A stretch of DNA of 64,000 nucleotides from Ostrea edulis. Lineage: Eukaryota. Numbering within the stretch: the stretch's first letter is position 1; each line of letters starts with the position of its first letter. The notes under the pieces were generated by a model, which was not told the origin of the DNA, did no database searches, and saw nothing but the letters and a program-made list of their open reading frames with translations. A program made the position numbers and the translations under genes. This document shows, one piece after another, positions 52,948 to 64,000 of the stretch. Location of the stretch: contig NC_079165.1 of NCBI RefSeq assembly GCF_947568905.1, positions 65,906,001 through 65,970,000 on the forward strand. The letters run 5' to 3'.

Positions 52948-54069
52948 AGGCGCCGTTTTAATATTTTTGAAGTATTTGCTGATATCAAAAAATCATTTTT
53001 TTATATCAAAATGTCTATTTTAAAATGATTTTCTGATATCAGAAATTCGAATCCTTGATATCAAATAATAACAGACATTTTCTGATATCAAAAATTTTAT
53101 TATATGATATCAAAAAATCATTTTCTTATATCAAAAATTCGAATATTTGATATCAAAAAATCATTTTCTGATATAAAAAATTACATCAAATTTTCTGATA
53201 TCAAAAAATATAATTTTTGATATAAGAAATTCACATTCTTGATATCAAAATATCAGACATTTTCTGATATCAAAAATTCGAATTCCTGATTTCAAAAAAT
53301 CATTTTCTGATATCAAAAAATCGATTTTCTGATATTAAAAAATCATTTTCTGATACCAAGAATTCAAACTGATTTTTTGATATCAGAAAATACATTTTCT
53401 GATATCAGAAAATACATTTTCTGATATCAGAAAATAAAAGAAAATGGCGAAAAATCTTTACATAAATAATGAATACTCCCTTGACCCGTAGAAAATCGCT
53501 GAACTACAGTCTACAGTGCCCGATCTGCTTTCCCCAAATGCATCTACAGGTTCGCAACAAATTTCAGGTGGGAAGCTTAAGGTTGCATCACAGGGAGCAT
53601 TCATTAAGTCGATCGTAGTTTTATATGAGTCTTATTTTCTGGTATCAAAAAATGGTATCAAAAAATAGATTTTCTGATATCAGAAAATACAAATCATTTT
53701 TTGATATAAAAAAATCATTTTCTGATATCAAGAAATCTAATTCCTGATATAAAAAAATGATTTTCTGATTCAAAAAATGAAAATTTTGATATTCGAAAAA
53801 CAAGTAATTTATTGATATCAGGAATTCGATATTTTTTTATATTAAAAAATCAACCTTATTTTCTGATATCAAGAAATTGATTTTTTGATATCAGAAATTA
53901 ATTTTTTGATATCAGGAATTCATTTTTTGAAATCAGGAATTCGAATTTATGATATCAGAAAAAATGATTTTTAGGAATATTTTTTGATATCAGGAATTCG
54001 AATTATTGATATCAATAATTCTTTTTTTAAATCAGAAAATACCTCCAAAATATTTTAAACAGCACCTCA
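52946..54069. mobile_element. Foldback-like element: ~39-bp TIR, inverted arms of GATATC subrepeats, ~200-bp unique core
   Basis: TGAGGCGCCGTTTTAATATTTTTG ... CAAAATATTTTAAACAGCACCTCA; arms built from TTTTCTGATATCAAAAAAT; core near 53440-53640. Confidence 0.75.
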
Positions 54070-55432
54070 TATATATTTCTTATCTGTATAAAGGAAAATA
54101 CATGTATGGGCCACTTTGACACCCCTCCTCACAGACATCAACACTCTCCATAGTAAATTGCCGTATGGGATGGTTGTACTCTTGGTTAAAAGCACGACCG
54201 TATCCTGCTTGGGAATGGTGCTAATGTATCCATAGGACGTTTGGCCACAGTAGTAGTTATGAAAATTATATAGCCTATGGCTTGATGCTCGAACCATGAG
54301 TTAAACCAATGAAATCCTTTGAAAAATACTTCTTACAAATATTTGATATATATTATTATACATATAGTATTATTATGTATGTATATATAAATCATATATA
54401 TGCCTTACACAAAAAATAATAAAATACATTCTATCCAATGGGCTTCTGCATCATAAGTGAGAATTATGAGGGAGTATCCTAGAATATTTTATCCCAACTT
54501 ACATTGTATGCTTTCACGTAAATGATGAAAAAAGAAAGAAAAGAATTTCGAGTCAAAAAATCTAGTAGTCATCATTAACTGTTGAAATCTAATAACTATT
54601 TTTTTCTTCAGAAAATGCATTGGTACGTATATATTCAGAAATGTTTGAAATTTTTCTTTTATAGATTTAATCCATGCATGTATACTGGTGATAAAGTTAC
54701 AATCCACGCAAACAAATTTCTGATACATTACTTTTCTTTGATGTTAATGTTTATACCGAAATTTTACCATTTTTAAAACTATGTCATTTAAACTATAAAT
54801 AAAACAAACCACAAATGTTTTGGAATTAGAATCCTCCGTACCGCGTTGCGGTCCAGTTTCTGTATTTAGTGCGTTCCATGGCATGAATTAATACGTACTA
54901 TTGTAAGACGGGTACTTTGGTCCATATTTTAAAAATCAATTTGAAGTTGATCACAAAAAGAAACTGCACTCAAAAACCGAATGTATTGACGGCAAGCTCA
55001 AGTTTACTGAAGACTGTTAAGAGCAATTGTTTGTTTCTGAATGAGGAAGTCACGACTTCATTCATCGAAATATCATCAAGAAATTCATAGTGAAGAAATT
55101 AATAGAAATGTTCCTTTTGATATGTGAATTCGCAGTCGCATGCAAAGATTTTTTTTCTTTCAAAAAAAGCAAACAAAAATCTAAACATTGTACATACCGT
55201 TACACTCATTGTAAGTTTCCTTCCTAGTTCGAACAATCCATTGACGGCGAAAGATATTCTATAAACAAAACGCACGTAAATATTTTTGGAAATGAACACT
55301 TTCGTTCAAGTTGGCAATGATTCACAATCGTAGATATTGATAACTAGCATTTAATCGATCTGTGGATAAAAAGGGCGAGACCGGTTACACGATGCTGAAA
55401 ATCCGTGTAGAAATTTCTTAATTCTTCATGAC

Positions 55433-57802
55433 ATGGGTCCAGCGAGTTTATTTCTGATTGTTCAACTTTTTGTACCTGTTTTGTGTGTTTACAAAGGTAT
55501 TGTCTCAAATATTGTCTATTCATTCCAATGTGTTGATGATTTCTTACAAAATTATGCGTTTCGTGAATACTAGTAATATAAAAATCTTGAGATAATTTAC
55601 TTAAACTTATAGAGATCATTTTATGTTTTATAGATGTGGTTTTCGTCCTAGACAAATCTTCCTCCTTGACGATTACAGACTTCGACGATTCCTTGCACTT
55701 TACACATGACATCATACAGTCGTTAGAAATTGGAACGTCAGATGTACTCGCGTCGTTAGTGACGTTTTCGACTGAACAGACAGAAGTGTTCGATTTAAAG
55801 GATTACACCGAAAAATCGGAAATGTTACAAGCGGTTGACAACCTTCTGGGGACGAACACTTCTGGGGATGGTGATGTCACAGGTTCTCTTCAATTTGTGT
55901 GGGATAATACCTTTCAAACCAGTGGCAGAACTAGTCCAGACCGAGCGGTCATTCTGGTGACCAGCAGTATTTCAAACGACACCGCGGAATCAATCGCATT
56001 TGCCGACCGCATTCGCACGGATTTCAATGCCGACATTTTCACCATTGGTGTTGGTCCTACAGTGTACGCACAGAATGCCGAGCTGAGAGGGGTGGCCAAT
56101 GACCCCGACGCCAATTTCACCGTCTTTGTAGAAAGCTTCAGTGATCTCTGGTGTGCTGTTCCCGACATTGTGGCAAAATTAGGTAATCCGAACATAGTTT
56201 ATCTTAACGAAAATCGTCTTTTAGAGTAGGTCCTAAAATACATTTGATAATTATTCTCAATAACGAAATTCACTTGCTTATCCTATTCTCTGTGTGTTCT
56301 CTTCAGATCCGTCGTCATCACTGACGCCATACTCTAATTGTACACTGAAGTCACTACCACCTATAATAACACATACAACAGAAAACGTGCCATCTACAAC
56401 ATCTACACAACCCACAACATCTACACAACCCACAACATCTACACAACCCACAACATCTACACAACCCACAACATCTACACCTATAACAACATCTACACAA
56501 CCCACAACATCTACACAACCCACAACATCTACACAACCCACAACATCTACACAACCCACAACATCTACACCTATAACAACATCTACACAACCCACAACAT
56601 CTACACAACCCACAACATCTACACAACCCACAACATCTACACCTATAACAACATCTACACAGCCCACAACATCTACACAACCCACAACATCTACACAACC
56701 CACAACAACTACACAACCCACAACATCTACACCTATAACAACATCTCCATCAACAACATCTCAATCTACAGCGTCAACAACTACACAATCATCCACAACT
56801 CAATCTACAACACTTACAATTCCATCTACCACATCAACACCAACTATGACATCATTACCACATACATTAAGTAGTACTTCACCTCTATCATCAGAAGAAA
56901 TATCTACAACACCATCAATGTCGCCGAAAACAACAACAGTCCAATCCCCAACAATAACACAACAGACGCTATCGGTTTTGGGACCAGCCCAGTCCGCCGC
57001 CTCTACCAGTGGTTCAAGTAATTTTTTTCTTGAAACTGAGTTGAACGTTTTTCTTTTTCTTTTATGGCTTCAGTTGTTTGGTAGTTAGAGGGGACATTCC
57101 AAATGCATGACAAAGAAGCATGAATCGGATACTTTTTATATCCATAACATTTAGATTTATAATTATTTTTTTGGTCCCGTGAGGATCCTGGTTAGAATAG
57201 GTCCTCAGTACCCCCCTTGATTGTCGTAAGAGGCGACTAAATGGAGCGGTCCTTTGAATGAGACCGCAAAAAAACCGAGGCCCCGTGTCACAGCAGGTGT
57301 GGCACGATAAAGATCCCTCCCTGCCGTAAGCGCTAGGGCACAGGCCTAAATTTTGCAGCCCTTAACCGGCAGTGGTGACGTCTCCGTATGAGTGAAAAGT
57401 TCTCCAATAAACAATATGTTTTTTAGCTAATATTTGAGCAGCTGTTATCGTTGATATGTGTTCTTTAGAGTATCTCTTCTTTTGATTTGTACATACAAGA
57501 TTGTTCTATACCCTAGGTACCAGTATTGTTGCCGGTGTCGTTATAGGCATTCTAGCCGCCGCTGCTGCCGTATTTGCATTATTAGCCATCTGGAGACGAA
57601 GGTAAAATTATGTACCTATCAATCATTCATATAACAATATATATACATTTTACTTTCTGGACCATTTCAATCATATTTCATTATTTTTAGACGTTCTGCA
57701 AACGAAGACGAGCTCCCCATCCTAACTCTCGTAAGACAGTACAGGTCGGCTCCAATGGGACCCTCTAAATCGACCTTCTCGCACCAACATCACCGCTTTT
57801 AG
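55433..57802 (+). CDS. Type I membrane protein: signal peptide - vWA domain - Thr-rich mucin stalk - TM - short tail (506 aa)
   Basis: Exons 55433-55496, 55634-56182, 56307-57017, 57517-57601, 57691-57802; phases consistent, 1521 nt. DVVFVLDKSSS, FTIGVG, TM IVAGVVIGILAAAAAVFALLAIWRRR. Confidence 0.92.
56396..56737 (+). repeat. Coding 18-bp tandem repeat (19 units, TTSTQP/TTSTPI)
   Basis: ACAACATCTACACAACCC units within the stalk exon. Confidence 0.95.
57174..57415 (+). mobile_element. 5'-truncated SINE (Meta-type central domain)
   Basis: TTGTCGTAAGAGGCGACTAA resembles the MetaSINE core as remembered; GC-rich body and short A-rich end. Confidence 0.6.
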
Positions 57803-58324
57803 ATGAAGAACTGAGACTACAATAATGACTTCAAAATTAATATACTATACAATATAGTATCTGTATTTAAAAGAAAGGGAAAGAAGATATACAAATTGTC
57901 AAATTGATACAACATCCAAGGCTACATATTGTATATGTACATGTTAGATCCTTTAACTCTTTTCATGTTCTATTATGGTGCTATTTACAATTCGTACTAC
58001 TATACCAAGGTTGGTTTTTTTTTTTTTTTTTGTTTTTTTTTTTGTAGAGAAGGAAGAATGGTGGTATGGAGTACAATTTATTTCTGTGAAAATCTTGTTA
58101 AGATCAGTTTTGCTTAAGTGGCATGCAGGGTATGACATGCCCTGGAAGATATGGCAACGAAATATTGATAAATTCCTACTAACATGTATTCTCAAATAAA
58201 CATTTCCTGTCCAATCACATCAGTTTCGTTCTTTGTTTTGTACATTTTTTTTCAAATTCATATGTTTTCAAGTACTTAACTATATTCTGAAATAGTAAGT
58301 TTCGATTTTTTCATTTGGAATATA

Positions 58325-59587
58325 CGAGAGCTGTTCGATATGTAATGTGCATTGTACGATATCTCAAAAGCATTCGACTCAAATTGTGAAATGAACATTA
58401 CGTCCCTTCAAAGTATTCTCCGCGGTTTGAAATACATAATTTCAATCTCTGAATCCATTTCTGAAAAGCGTCACGGTACGCTGATTTAGGTAAACCTCTG
58501 TGGCACTGACAGATGGCTGAGCCAAGGGCTTGTCGGGGCTTGTAACTACGACCAGATAAGAACTTTTGAAGTTTTTGCAAAAGGAAAAAGTCGCATGGGG
58601 ATAGATCTGGAGAGTACGGTGGGTGTGGCAAGACGGTAGCCTCTTCCGACTTCAAAATTTGCTTCACAAGCTCAGCTGTATGTGATGGAGCATTATCATG
58701 AAGTAGACAAACATGCCTAAATTCTGACACAGGGCGTCGCTTATGATAATGAGCTTTTTTAGTATAACATCTCGGTAATACAGTCCTGTAACACTTCTGC
58801 CCTTCGGCACCGGAATTTGTACGGCTATACCATCACATGAGAAGAATATGCAATGAAGAACCTTCTTTGTGCTGATGGTTCTTTTGGCAACTACAGGCCT
58901 TCTACCGTGTTTAGTTAGCCATATTTTGTTTCCAATTTTTCTTACTGGTTCGATATAGTGAACCCATGTTTCATCACCAGTAACAATGTTTGCAAATTGT
59001 CTTTGATTGAATTTGGGAAACATTTTGAGCAATTGCTTAGCGGTTTGTACTTTCAAAATCCGCTTTAAAATGAAATGCACCCGCGATAGCGATATGCCAA
59101 CAGCTTTGGCAATATCACTAATCGTATACTAGTATTTGCCATTACTTTCAATTATTTTCCTGACTTTTGAGACATTTGCCTTGCCTGTTACAGTCCCAGG
59201 TCGGCCAAATTTTGCTGCATCTTTCACGGACTCTGTGCCAGTCAGAAATTTCTTTCTCCACCTACGGATAACTTGTCAGACCCATAAACTTCCCCCAGTT
59301 CAGTAAAGATCTGCATTACCGAATGACCGAGTTTTGTTTCGAAGTTTTATATAAACTCTAATTTGTTCAATATTCTCAACCCGTTTCCCAACCATTTTTA
59401 CAACAGTGATCAACGACTGGCTCTATTGAAATGACTATAAGTTTAAAACTATTTGGAGCTGAAGGCTCGTGTTTATACCGTTGGAAAGTTATTAAATAGA
59501 GCTATTTCCGAGTATCATCATCCATGAAATCGTGCAAAGCGTTATCGCGCTGTAGTACAGTACACATTACATATCGAACAGCCCTAG
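58325..59587 (-). mobile_element. Near full-length mariner transposon (DD34D), decayed
   Basis: TA|CGAGAGCTGTTCGATATGTAATGTG ... CACATTACATATCGAACAGCCCTAG|TA; 1263 bp. Confidence 0.95.
58398..59405 (-). pseudogene. Frameshifted mariner transposase
   Basis: IVTGDETWVHY, LLHDNAPSH, HPPYSPDLSPCDFF, with 34 residues between the 2nd and 3rd Asp; split over several frames. Confidence 0.92.
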
Positions 59588-59699
59588 TATACTTTTTGAC
59601 AAGCATTATTAGAAGATTAATGATTTCATCTTCTCTAGGGAGACCTAGTATTACTGTACTTGCATCATTTTAGTCTTTTCCTAGATTTTTTCAAATATC

Positions 59700-60837
59700 C
59701 ATTTTTCTAATTGGCAGCATAATGGACAGACATTTGGGCAATAAAAGAAAACTTGCAGAATGTTTTCAGTTTCAGTTCGACATAGAGAACAAATTATCAT
59801 CTCTGATTTTTGACAGAAACAAGTACTTGTTTGTACATATGATTCTATAAATATTTCTAAAATTCAACCATATCAACCTTGTATCTTTTGTTTTTGATTT
59901 TTTTTTTTTTATGAATCTGTTTCCAATCACATGGTCTCCTTTAACTTGAGTTCTTTAGTTCACTTGGATTCACCTTTTGCTTTATCGTACTTATTAGAAC
60001 CTTTCTTATTCACTAGTTTTATAAAATCTGGCTGAAAAAGTCTGTAGTGGGGTTTGACTTGTATGTTTGTACATTAGCCTAGCCCAAGAATGCCAAATTG
60101 CTCTTTTTATTCCCTCGTAAAAAGTGAAGCAGAGTTTAAGAGAGAATTTTTCAATAATATCTTCAAGACACATAAAAATACCATTACCATCAAACAAGTC
60201 ACATACAATAGTAATCCTTTTTCATACAAAGATTTGGGGGAAAAAAACATACCTATTTTGGATCATGGTTTTATTGTTACATGTATACCATAAAGATTCC
60301 ACTAAAATATCTTCCAGGTGGAGTCGCGTGAAAATGTGTAGAACATCTGAAAATATATTTAGGACTTTTTTCCAAACGCTATTATATTGATAGTATTTTT
60401 TGTTTTAACTTTAGAGTATTCTGGTCCAAACTGAGATAGATGGACAGTATTAAAGTTTGTGATTTCAGTGAACAGTGGAATACAACCAGAGTCTCTATGA
60501 AATAATCTTCTAAACCGTGTTAATTTTAGAAATTTGATAAAGAGCTCGATATTCGTCGTTCTAAAACCACCATCCTCTTTTGAAAAAAGCATTGTTTTTC
60601 TTGATTTCTTTTTCTGTTTTTTTTATTCCACATAAAATTATACAAAAAAGGTTTTCTAATTCTTTTACCCATTTTTATCAGGCTGTGGAAGAGAGCAGTA
60701 AACAATTGTTGATTTTGAATAAAAGCAAGCTTTTTATGATTGTAATTTTTCCAATTGGAAATGTGTTTCTTAGAATTTTATCTCCTTTTAAATGTGTTGA
60801 AGACATTTGTCAAAAATCAGATGTGTTGTGTGTGTGT

Positions 60838-60874
<37 letters not shown>

Positions 60875-61140
60875 CTGCAGTGTATATTGTGTCATTAGCA
60901 TATTTAAGTAAACACATTTTTTCTTTGCCAATCGTTATTCCTTTTATGTTTTTGTTTGTCTTGTCGAATATCCCATGATTTCTACACAAAGATTAAATAT
61001 ATAGGGAGAACTAAAATTGAAGACTTTAAATAGTGTTTTGTACATAAATTTTCCCAAAAGATTGAATTAAATACTGCTTTTTCAGAATGAAAGAGTAAAA
61101 TTATTCTCGCTACATATTTCTGTTCTTCAACATAAGAATT
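59700..61140 (-). mobile_element. Decayed L1/Tx1-clade LINE ORF2 fragment
   Basis: Relics LLF..EKAVFNSIFW (DFEKAFDSI-like), LLKYANDT (YADDT-like), SKEDGGFRTTNI; many stops; poly-G insert near 60838-60873. Confidence 0.65.
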
Positions 61141-61269
61141 AAAGATAATAACATTAAAGAACATAATAAATTGTGTATTTTCATCTGAGAAATTTTGGTT
61201 GTCATGTATACGACAATCTTGAACACTTTTTATACTATTTGCAATGCATGTAGAAACAATTTTATATGA

Positions 61270-61530
61270 ATCAAGATTTATCGCATGTGAATCAAAATTT
61301 CCGCATATAAATATAAAGATTATCGAATATTAATCAAAATTTTCGTATAATAAATATCAAATTTATCGAATACAAATCAAGATTTTCACATATGAATAAC
61401 AAAATTATCGAATACAAATCAAGATTTCCGTATGTGAATAACAAAATTATCGAATATAAATCAAGATTTTTGCATATGAATAACAAAATTATCGCATATA
61501 AATCAGGATTTTTGCATATAAATCATGATT
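61270..61530. repeat. Degenerate ~40-bp tandem repeat
   Basis: AATCAAGATTTT..CATATGAATAACAAAATTATCGAATA units. Confidence 0.7.
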
Positions 61531-62378
61531 TGCATGATATTGCAATGTTTTACGCGCCATAAACCTGTATGGGTACGTGTATGTTTCGTATTTTGTTTTT
61601 CTGGATATATGCATACTTGAGATGCAGTATAGACATTGAATATTTTGTCTCATATTATAATACTTGGTATGTTGTTTCTGTGTGACGGTATTTCATCTAT
61701 TTATAAATTTATATTAAGACGTACCAGTTTGATTTCATGTAAGGACTAAACTTCCTTGAAATTTTAATCGGTTTAAATAGAGGGCGCGCGTTTTAACAAT
61801 ATCCACGTTGGTCAAAGCTAGGTTTTGTAAATGGAAGACTAAAATGGTTTTCTGATAAGACTACATGAGATGGAGAGGATATTTTTCTGCTCCTTTTATT
61901 TGGCGTGTGTTTCAGGCATCTACAAAGGTATTTTTATCATTTCTAACTCTCTTTTTTTTTCTTCAAAAACCAATGTTAGAAATTTTTTAACATATATCAT
62001 TTCATATGGGTTCCTCTTGTGTTTTCACGTTTCTGAAATCGAAAGTTGTGTATTGTATCAATTCTATATTCATTTGTAATTGCTTTAACAATGCTTATTA
62101 TTAATTACATGAAGGCCCAATCATTTTTTTTAATATTCATATGTAGGCCCATAATTGTTTTGTATCTCCAACGACTAGTACTGGAGACAAACAGATTTTC
62201 TTTAGAATTATCAATTTAACCTCTACATTACTGGTATCTAAAATCAAATGATAAGACCCAAACATCTACAAATATATATTTATGATTATTTATAACATAT
62301 GAAATAATTTTACATTTCTTTATTAGATACACTTCATAGATACAAACTTTGAATACACAAATGAGATGAGGGAATAAC

Positions 62379-62420
<42 letters not shown>

Positions 62421-63254
62421 TCGGTAATAGGATTTCGCCTTTGGTTTAAATTCGTTGATATTTTTTAAATTTCATACATGTAAGTAACAACACATGTGTG
62501 AATTTTCCATCAGTGTATTACAATGGGCAGTACAATGGATATTCCTTTTGATCGTCATTTTATTTTATCTTGGACTTTAAAGGTTTTCAACATGAACATT
62601 CCACACTTTCTATACAATTACAGACAACAAAACTTGGTTTGTCAATTTAAAAGTTGATATATAAGCAATCGAGATGAAATAAAGAACTTAATAGAGATGC
62701 TAAGGTACATATTATTACTCTGTAAATCTTTGAACATAAATACACCGGACGCTATTTTCATTGCCAGCTTTTGAGAGGCAAACAAGTCCAGGGTTGCACA
62801 AAATCTTTGCGGTGCACCCGATAAGACGTCCATTATCCGCATTAATGAGTAACATTAATGCACTGACATAAGTTACATTTACGCTCTTATCAGGTATTAT
62901 AAATCAAATTCATTTGTTGGCACATGACATTTCACTAAACATGCATAGATCTTGAAAATATTTTGATATTCAAATACACATTTCCACGGCGCAATCTTAG
63001 CTTACTTGAGACGACCAAATACAATACAAAAAACATAAGCAACCAAAAAAAAAAAAAAAAAAAAAGGAAGAAAAAAAGGATTTACATTCGACAAAGAACG
63101 TTTTCGTGATGATAGATATTAATAGATATTACAAGTAATGGGTCATTTCAAAAATGAAACTGTTATTCATTGGAGGATTTTTAAATATTTATCTTTAATT
63201 AATTTAGAAATACATGTGTTCGTTGTTGGATTTCATTTTAAATACCCTAACTTT

Positions 63255-64000
63255 TGACCCATTCATAGTACTTGCAATGCCACGCTTTGTTGTCACTCTT
63301 TTATTTAAACTACATAGGATCAGAGGCAGTATTTTTCAGTGGTTTAGTAGTTATCTCTCTTGTCGGACCCACAGAGTTATGTTCAAAGACCAGTTGTCTT
63401 CAATTGCAAGTTTAAATGCAGGGGTACCCCAAGGGTCTGTTCTTGGACCTCTATTATTTTTTTTATCTATGTAAATGATGTTGCTGAAAATATGTTGTCT
63501 TTCTGTAGATTATTTGCTGAGGATAACTCAATTCAACATGCATATAAGAATTTGAATTCACTTTAAATCCATGACCTTAGTGTCCTAGATGAATGGTCAA
63601 AAATATGGTTGTTGAAGTTTAACCTCTCTAACACTAAAGTTGTACATTTTTCATTGAATGAGAACATCGATCATCCAAAATTATTTTTTCAAGACTGTCA
63701 GTTGTAGTATGTGCCAGTGCACAGACATTTAGGATTGTTTGTTTCATGCGATTTGGGCTGGTCCCAGTATATAATTAAAATAACAAGTACGACTTACAAA
63801 AAACTAGGTCTTTAAAAAAATTAAAATTCACCTTAGGAAGAAACACTCTTTCAAAAATATACACTACTTTCATAAGACCAGCTTTAGAATATGCCTCTGT
63901 TGTTTGGGATGGATGTAGCTCATATAACAGTGATCTTATTGCTGGCCTTCCTATAGTAGCCTCTAGAGATTCTCTATATTTAGAAACTGGTTTAGAACCT
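63255..64000 (+). mobile_element. CR1-type LINE reverse transcriptase fragment, runs off the window
   Basis: QWFSSYLSCRTHRV, AGVPQGSVLGPLLF, YVNDVAE, LFAED (FADD-like), WLLKFN, IRPALEYASVVWD. Confidence 0.92.

Noticed and set aside
54067-54297. Minus ORF with faint CUB-like YCG motif
   Set aside because: Similarity too weak and no supporting splice partners found.
56278-56874. Cys-rich (metallothionein-like) and Val-rich antisense ORFs and a TTHNIY frame
   Set aside because: Alternative frames of the TTSTQP mucin repeat; only the Thr-rich frame is in phase with the vWA and TM exons.
60838-60873. Poly-G/C runs here and near 296, 8656, 13208, 13576, 24937 as G-quadruplex elements
   Set aside because: Homopolymers within decayed repeats, error-prone in sequencing, with no positional pattern.
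62624-62848. Possible exons with AG/GT boundaries, and a 66-aa minus ORF
   Set aside because: Phases do not join into an open frame; could be UTR exons of a gene beyond the window but cannot be supported.

Overview
AT-rich animal genomic DNA. The repeat landscape (Helentron/pearl-type elements with satellite cores, a Meta-type SINE, TTAA MITEs) suggests a bivalve such as an oyster; this is inference. Manual splicing gives five intact protein-coding genes packed tail-to-tail or head-to-head. (1) EZH2/E(z), + strand, 6463-23116. (2) A hidden 3-exon, 109-aa gene of unknown family, - strand, 27041-23669, absent from the ORF track. (3) TTC25/ODAD4, + strand, 27405-42536, with two microexons and a modular C-terminal tail. 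(4) A 13-exon, 504-aa prolyl 4-hydroxylase alpha homologue, - strand, 51712-43302, whose four catalytic residues are all replaced (probable pseudoenzyme). (5) A vWA-mucin-transmembrane protein, + strand, 55433-57802. A box C/D snoRNA candidate lies in an EZH2 intron. The rest is decayed LINEs (CR1, L1/Tx1, RTE), a full-length decayed mariner, nested Helentron-type elements, MITEs and minisatellites. Exon coordinates were derived by eye from GT-AG boundaries, phase continuity and remembered homology; no database search was run.
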